Assembly: GCA_051439505.1 (NCBI GenBank)
Contig: JBFRWI010000067.1
Span: 1-21,265 of the forward strand
Length of the DNA stretch: 21,265 nucleotides
Reading direction: 5' to 3'
Source: Hormoscilla sp.
GTDB taxonomy: Bacteria > Cyanobacteriota > Cyanobacteriia > Cyanobacteriales > Desertifilaceae
Shown one piece after another: positions 16,022 to 21,265 of the stretch (the stretch's first letter is position 1; the number at the start of each line of letters is the position of its first letter). The notes beneath the pieces are model-generated. The model worked only from the letters and a program-made list of their open reading frames with translations, made no database searches and was not told the origin of the DNA. A program made the position numbers and the translations under genes.

Positions 16022-16075
16022 TGGGTCTCTTGACAAGGATGTATAAATATGATATTTTGCTAGTCAAGAGACCCA
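16022..16075 (+). promoter_or_regulatory. Putative pot operon promoter inside a 13-bp inverted repeat
   Basis: TTGACA (16030-16035)-N17-TATTTT with an upstream TG. It is flanked by TGGGTCTCTTGAC / GTCAAGAGACCCA. Confidence 0.5.
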
Positions 16076-16103
16076 ACGGGGGCATCGTCAGGAGGTTGCC
16101 ACT

Positions 16104-17225
16104 ATGTCTCAAACTGTTACGCGCCCAATCGCCAGAACCACAACCGATGTGGAGTTCGATGTCGAACTGCGCAAGGTATTTAAGGTGTTCAATGGCGAAA
16201 CGGCTGTATGGGGAGTGGATCTAAAGATCCGTCAAGGAGAATTTTTCTCGATTCTCGGGCCATCAGGCTGTGGCAAAACCACAACCCTGCGCCTGATCGC
16301 TGGATTCGATCCGCCCTCAGCCGGAGAAGTCTTGATTCTGGGTCAGCTGAGTAACCAGATTCCCGCTTACCGGCGTCCCGTGAACACCGTGTTTCAGAGC
16401 TATGCTCTATTTAACCACATGAATGTCCGGGAGAATATTGCCTTTGGACTGCGGATTAAAAAGCTGACCAACGCCCAAATAGCCGATCGCGTTTCGGAAG
16501 CCCTCAAACTCGTGCAAATGGAAGCTTTTGCCCATCGGTTTCCGGCCCAGCTATCAGGGGGACAGCAGCAACGAGTAGCCTTAGCCCGGGCCCTGGTCAA
16601 TAGACCGGCTGTGCTGTTGCTAGACGAACCCTTGGGGGCCCTGGACCTGAAGCTGCGCAAGGAAATGCAGGTAGAACTTTCCAATCTGCATCAAGAATTG
16701 GGGCTGACCTTCATCATGGTGACTCACGACCAGGAAGAAGCCCTCTCCCTGTCAGACCGCATTGCCGTGATGCGGGATGGTAAAATAGAACAAGTGGGCT
16801 CGCCGTCGGAAATTTACGAGTATCCCCAAACCCCCTTTGTGGCAGATTTTATCGGCGATACGAATCTGTTTCGCGGTAGGATTGTTAACAAGGACCAGTC
16901 GGCCCTGGAGGTGCAGACAGATAAAAAGCTCAAAATGCTCGTACAACAGTCAGCTCTGAGTGACCCCCAGTCCAAGCAAGTGGTAGTCAGTGTCCGCCCA
17001 GAGAAGATTCGTCTAAGTCTGAAGAAACCAGAGGGACGCGCAAACTGCTTTGAGGGACGCCTGAAAACTAGCATGTTCCTGGGCACTCACGTGCATTATC
17101 TGGTGGAATTGCTGTCGGGCGATCGCCTGCTAGTCTTACAGCCCAACAGTGCGACGATGCCAGAACAGCATACTCCTATATACGTATATTGGGAAGCGAC
17201 GGACTGCCTGGCTTTGTCCGCTTGA
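16104..17225 (+). CDS. potA: Spermidine/putrescine ABC transporter ATP-binding protein
   Basis: [56 protein letters not shown] and a C-terminal TOBE region. AGGAGG RBS. Confidence 0.95.
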   Translation: MSQTVTRPIARTTTDVEFDVELRKVFKVFNGETAVWGVDLKIRQGEFFSILGPSGCGKTTTLRLIAGFDPPSAGEVLILGQLSNQIPAYRRPVNTVFQSYALFNHMNVRENIAFGLRIKKLTNAQIADRVSEALKLVQMEAFAHRFPAQLSGGQQQRVALARALVNRPAVLLLDEPLGALDLKLRKEMQVELSNLHQELGLTFIMVTHDQEEALSLSDRIAVMRDGKIEQVGSPSEIYEYPQTPFVADFIGDTNLFRGRIVNKDQSALEVQTDKKLKMLVQQSALSDPQSKQVVVSVRPEKIRLSLKKPEGRANCFEGRLKTSMFLGTHVHYLVELLSGDRLLVLQPNSATMPEQHTPIYVYWEATDCLALSA

Positions 17226-17296
17226 AGAAAAGGAAAAGGATCGTTATTATTCAGCAGAGAAACGAGATTTCGCGCGTTAAAAAAGCAAGCAATAAA

Positions 17297-18430
17297 GTGT
17301 CTCAGATAGACAGATTACAGGCAAAAATAAGGAATTGCTCCACAAGGCGTAGGTTCTTGACATGGTCAGCAGCAGCATTGGCAAGCACGACCCTGCCAGG
17401 TTGTGGCTGGACTCTAGCGAATGTCAAACCAACAGCACAGATCCGCCCAGGAGATGCGAACAAGTTGTATATATACACTTGGGCAGGCTACACAGATGAC
17501 GAGCTGTTTGATAGCTTTGCCCAGCAAACGGGGATCAAGGCGATCGCGAATGTAATGTCTTCCAGCGAGGAGATGCTAGCAAAGGTGCTAGCAGGTGGAG
17601 GTGGGGCTTATAGCATTATCTATCCTTCGGACTACATGGTCGAGAAGATGGTAGAAGAGAATCTGTTGATAGAACTAGACCTGTCAAGGATAGAAGGGCT
17701 AAACCAGCTGTTCGAGAATTATAAAAATCCGGTTTATGACCCTCAAAACCGCCACAGTATACCAGTCAGTTGGGGAACGACAGGTCTGATTTACAACAGC
17801 CAGAACCTGCGATCGCCGCCGAAAAATTGGAGTTACCTGTGGGAAAACAAGCAGGAACTAAAGGGTCAGATAACTTTACTCAATGACGTGCGGGAAGTAA
17901 TGGGTGCGACGTTGAAAATGCTGGGGTATTCTTATAACTCAACTTCTCCACAGGAAATTAAAGCAGCCTATGACAAGTTAGTGGAACTTAAACCGAGCGT
18001 AGCCTCCTTTACCTCAGACGCATGGCGACCGCAAATATTGACAGGAGATCTGTTAATTGCCATGGGTTACTCTGTAGACGCTAGTGAAATACTCGATGAA
18101 GATCCAAACCTGAGATATGCGATCCCCAGCAGTGGGACTTCTCTGTGGACGGATACGGTGGTAATTCCCAAAACGGCTCCAAATCCTGATGGCGCCTATG
18201 CCTGGATTAACTTTATGCTGCAACCAGCAGTGGCAGCGGAGATTACTAAGCGGTTAAGCTTTGCCACCGCCAATGAGGTGGGCTACGAGAAGCTGCCGGA
18301 ACAAATCCGTAACAATCCTACCTTGTTCCCGCCCCAGCAGCTGCTAGCAAAATGTGAAGGCATCACACCATTACCAGAAGATGTAAATCAACTTTACGAC
18401 CGCTATTGGACGCAGCTAACTAGCGGCTAG
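17297..18430 (+). CDS. potD: Spermidine/putrescine ABC transporter substrate-binding lipoprotein (Tat signal)
   Basis: TRRRFL twin-arginine motif, lipobox LPGC, LYIYTWAGY, PSDYMV, WGTTGLIYN and WTDTVVIPK. A GTG start at 17297 is assumed; the track's 17189 start overlaps potA. Confidence 0.9.
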   Translation: MSQIDRLQAKIRNCSTRRRFLTWSAAALASTTLPGCGWTLANVKPTAQIRPGDANKLYIYTWAGYTDDELFDSFAQQTGIKAIANVMSSSEEMLAKVLAGGGGAYSIIYPSDYMVEKMVEENLLIELDLSRIEGLNQLFENYKNPVYDPQNRHSIPVSWGTTGLIYNSQNLRSPPKNWSYLWENKQELKGQITLLNDVREVMGATLKMLGYSYNSTSPQEIKAAYDKLVELKPSVASFTSDAWRPQILTGDLLIAMGYSVDASEILDEDPNLRYAIPSSGTSLWTDTVVIPKTAPNPDGAYAWINFMLQPAVAAEITKRLSFATANEVGYEKLPEQIRNNPTLFPPQQLLAKCEGITPLPEDVNQLYDRYWTQLTSG

Positions 18431-18463
18431 TTCGAGAAATCCCAAATCTAAGCGTTAAAAATA

Positions 18464-19390
18464 GTGTCTAGCAAAACATATCCTCCTGCCACCCCCAGTC
18501 CGGAACCGAATAGCCCACCGGAAACACCAGTTGATGGCAGTCGCCCTTGGTCCATATTTGTCGGCCCCTTGGCGTTACTCGGTCCAGCAGGACTCTGGTT
18601 GCTGCTATTGCTGGTGATGCCAACCCTGGTAATCTTTGAGTTAAGTTTGGTCTCCGATATTCGCCCAGGAGATGTGGTTAACCCCGATGGGTTAGATAAC
18701 TATCTCCGCATACTGGATCCGCTCAATCTGAAGGTGATCGGGCGATCGCTCTTTTTTGCCACGGGCACGACGGTCATTTGTTTGCTGCTGGGTTTCCCGG
18801 TCGCCTATTGGATCGCCCAATCAGCACCGAAGCGGTGGCAGAATTTGCTGCTGTTAGGCTTTGTCTTGCCCCTCTGGACATCATCTCTACTGCGGTCTTA
18901 TGCTTGGATCAGCATTCTGCGACGCACGGGAGTATTCAACTCTCTGCTGGCCGCTGTGGGACTGCCGACCTTGAACTTGCTCAACGACTGGCCTGCGGTG
19001 TTAATTGGTATGAGTTACAGCTTTTTGCCCTATATGGTGTTAATTCTTTATGCTGCTTTGGAGAAGCTAGATATGCGTTTACTGGAGGCATCTGCTGACT
19101 TGGGGGCAACTCCGATCCAATCATTCTGGAAAATCACTGTGCCCCAAACAATTCAGGGCATTGCGGCGGGGAGTTTGCTAGTATTTATTACCAGTCTGGG
19201 GGATTTTATCAATCCGGAATTGCTGGGGGGTGCTTCTTCCATGACGGCGGCCAGGCTGATCTACAATCAGTTTTTGGGGGCTACCCAGAATTGGGGATTT
19301 GGTTCGGCCCTGAGTATGGTGGTAATTATGGCAGTCAGTCTGGCGATCGGGCTGTTAATCAAATATGGCGACCCCACGCCCCAAGCATAA
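18464..19390 (+). CDS. potB: Polyamine ABC transporter permease
   Basis: LPLWTSSLLRSYAW, LLEASADLGA (EAA loop) and NWGFGSALS. Confidence 0.9.
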   Translation: MSSKTYPPATPSPEPNSPPETPVDGSRPWSIFVGPLALLGPAGLWLLLLLVMPTLVIFELSLVSDIRPGDVVNPDGLDNYLRILDPLNLKVIGRSLFFATGTTVICLLLGFPVAYWIAQSAPKRWQNLLLLGFVLPLWTSSLLRSYAWISILRRTGVFNSLLAAVGLPTLNLLNDWPAVLIGMSYSFLPYMVLILYAALEKLDMRLLEASADLGATPIQSFWKITVPQTIQGIAAGSLLVFITSLGDFINPELLGGASSMTAARLIYNQFLGATQNWGFGSALSMVVIMAVSLAIGLLIKYGDPTPQA

Positions 19391-19417
19391 AAGTACGAAT
19401 AATAGTAATGACAAGCC

Positions 19418-20257
19418 ATGACAGATACTTCGAGGGCAATCCAGGAAGAAATACCTGTAGAGATGTTAAAAAAGAAGGGTAAAATTAAGGTATCGTGGCA
19501 GCTCAGCTTGACGCTGCTGATGTTTGTATTCATGTACCTGCCGATTCTGGTACTGGCGGTTTATAGTTTTAACAAGTCGGCCTATAGCGCGAGTTTATCA
19601 GGATTTACCCTTGAGTGGTATCTGAAACTATTTGATGATAGCAGGATTTTTTCGGCTCTACAAACTAGCTTAATTGTCGCCTTTTGTGCGGTGGGAATTT
19701 CGGCAGTTTTAGGTACCCTGATGGCGGTGGGGTTATCGAAATATAAATTTACCGGAAAGTCATTGTACCGGGGCATATCCTACCTACCTCTAATTGTTCC
19801 GGATATCGCGATCGCGGTGGCGACCCTAGTATTTCTAGCAGTGTTTGCCATTCCCTTAAGCATCTGGACGATAGTAGCGGCTCATATTGTCTTTTGTCTA
19901 GCTTACATTGCCCTGGTAGTTTCTACCAGACTAGCAGATTTAGACCCGCATTTGGAAGAAGCAGCTTTAGACTTGGGCGCGACACCAACACAAGCATTTA
20001 TACAAGTCCTATTGCCCCAGTTGTTACCGGGAATTGTTTCTGGTTGTCTGTTAGCATTCGTCCTCAGCATGGACGATTTTCTGATTTCTAGCTTTACGGC
20101 GGGTAGCGGTTACAATACCCTGCCAATGGAAATATTTAGCCGCATTAGAACTGGGGTGAAGCCGGATATTAATGCCCTGAGCGTGATCTTGATTGTCCTA
20201 TCGGGTGCGATCGCCTTTGCGAGTGAATACCTGCGCTATAGAAGTGAGAAAAAATAA
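19418..20257 (+). CDS. potC: Polyamine ABC transporter permease
   Basis: FMYLPILVLAVYSFN, LEEAALDLGA, LSMDDF and TLPMEIFSRIRTGVKPDINAL. The start may be 19463. Confidence 0.9.
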   Translation: MTDTSRAIQEEIPVEMLKKKGKIKVSWQLSLTLLMFVFMYLPILVLAVYSFNKSAYSASLSGFTLEWYLKLFDDSRIFSALQTSLIVAFCAVGISAVLGTLMAVGLSKYKFTGKSLYRGISYLPLIVPDIAIAVATLVFLAVFAIPLSIWTIVAAHIVFCLAYIALVVSTRLADLDPHLEEAALDLGATPTQAFIQVLLPQLLPGIVSGCLLAFVLSMDDFLISSFTAGSGYNTLPMEIFSRIRTGVKPDINALSVILIVLSGAIAFASEYLRYRSEKK

Positions 20258-20303
20258 ATGGAGAAGCCCGAGACCGAGAATAAAATCAAGATAAAGAGTA
20301 ATT

Positions 20304-20735
20304 ATGCAAGAGTCTTTTTCCCAGGCAGCAGGAAGACATTTAAATGATGCATTTACTTTACTAAAGGCCGATCGGTGGGACAACGCGGTTTACTTAGCGG
20401 GTTATGTGGTAGAATGTGCCTTTAAGGTCTTAGTTGAGATATACTTAGAGCGAGACCGGGCAGCAGTTAAAAAATACGGCCACGATCTAGAAGAACTTGA
20501 AGGCAAGGCTATGTCGCGGCTAAAAGTTATGTATCCGGTGCTGGACATGCAAGCAGCAACTGCACGGACAACTGAAACAGTTCTGGCTCAAAATCATCCA
20601 GAACGACGCTATGCCCAGTCTGGTATTTGGACAGAGAATCAAGCACGGGCAGCGGTCTTGCGAGCAAATGAGATCTATCGGGAGATTGTCACAAAACTGG
20701 TTCTGGACGGGAGAATTTCAAGTAGGGGACTTTAG
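20304..20735 (+). CDS. HEPN-domain protein
   Basis: AAGRHLNDAFTLL...DNAVYLAGYVVECAFKVL, GHDL and ERRY match the classical HEPN helical pattern. Confidence 0.75.
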   Translation: MQESFSQAAGRHLNDAFTLLKADRWDNAVYLAGYVVECAFKVLVEIYLERDRAAVKKYGHDLEELEGKAMSRLKVMYPVLDMQAATARTTETVLAQNHPERRYAQSGIWTENQARAAVLRANEIYREIVTKLVLDGRISSRGL

Positions 20736-20738
20736 AGG

Positions 20739-21265
20739 ATGGAGATAACCTTCAGTGAAACCTTTGATAAGGTAATCGAATGCTTTAGCGAACCGACCAT
20801 AGAGAGCCAACTGACACGACATCTTCAGTCTATAACCATAATCCGTGATGTTTTAGGTAAGATTAGGGTTTTCTTGGAACCGGTGGTGGATCTGGAAGAT
20901 ACAGCCATACTTAATCATTTGCATGACAGCCTGGCCCAAAAACTCGGTCCCTACTACGGCGAAGATATCTGGCTGCCAAAAGGCGAACAGGATGGTTATC
21001 AAGCCTTGATTGAGGTCATCATTTCCGAGAGGGTTCCCGCAGACTGGAATGATGGTAATCAACCTGACTGGTATCTACTAGAACGCCACCTTGCTAAACA
21101 AGCATGGACTAATAAAGATGCAGGTAATCAACCTTGGTCGCAGGATTTGGTCGATCGGGGTTATAAACCAGCAGTTGTAGCATTCTTTTCCTTTAAGGGG
21201 GGTGTTGGTCGCACAACGGCCTTGGCGGCGACAGCTCTGACGCTGGTTCGTAACGGTCATCGGGT
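20739..21265 (+). CDS. ParA/MinD-like ATPase with KGGVGR Walker A variant (5' part, runs off the window)
   Basis: Manual translation from ATG 20739 gives MEITFSETF...IIRDVLGKIRVFL...VVAFFSFKGGVGRTTALAATALTLVRNGHR with no stop. KGGVGRTT is at 21195-21218. Confidence 0.85.
   Translation, partial: MEITFSETFDKVIECFSEPTIESQLTRHLQSITIIRDVLGKIRVFLEPVVDLEDTAILNHLHDSLAQKLGPYYGEDIWLPKGEQDGYQALIEVIISERVPADWNDGNQPDWYLLERHLAKQAWTNKDAGNQPWSQDLVDRGYKPAVVAFFSFKGGVGRTTALAATALTLVRNGHR

Noticed and set aside
16104..20257. potA-potD-potB-potC order and Tat-type PotD as a novelty
   Set aside because: It differs from E. coli potABCD, but as far as I know it is an ordinary arrangement for cyanobacterial polyamine transporters.

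Overview
Genomic window from a filamentous cyanobacterium, most likely Oscillatoriales-type. This assignment rests on abundant HIP1 GCGATCGC octamers, several REP-like palindromic repeat families and typical cyanobacterial gene families. The left ~5 kb is an accessory cluster of small toxin-antitoxin/conflict modules: a PIN toxin with a degenerate PD-(D/E)xK-like partner, a GIY-YIG protein, orphan DUF104 and HicB antitoxins, a VapC-like PIN with a small partner, and a stand-alone C39/papain-like protease with a coupled partner. Several of these modules are delimited by the same HIP1-containing box and REP-like hairpins, giving a cassette-array look. From 5.0 to 13.8 kb there is an NLR-like locus. 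A 349-aa HTH + TRADD-N-like + DUF1822 C-terminal protein lies directly upstream of a 2081-aa CHAT protease-nSTAND1 NTPase-(TM)-21xWD40-TPR protein. Around them are a duplicated sigma70-like promoter, a tandem palindromic operator-like array, and a divergent DUF697 gene plus a secreted small protein. The right part is housekeeping (mrdA/PBP2, potA-potD-potB-potC). It is followed by the start of another probable conflict operon: a HEPN protein and a ParA/MinD-like ATPase with a KGGVGR Walker A variant, truncated at the window end and absent from the ORF track. All domain calls come from motif recognition by eye, not from database searches.
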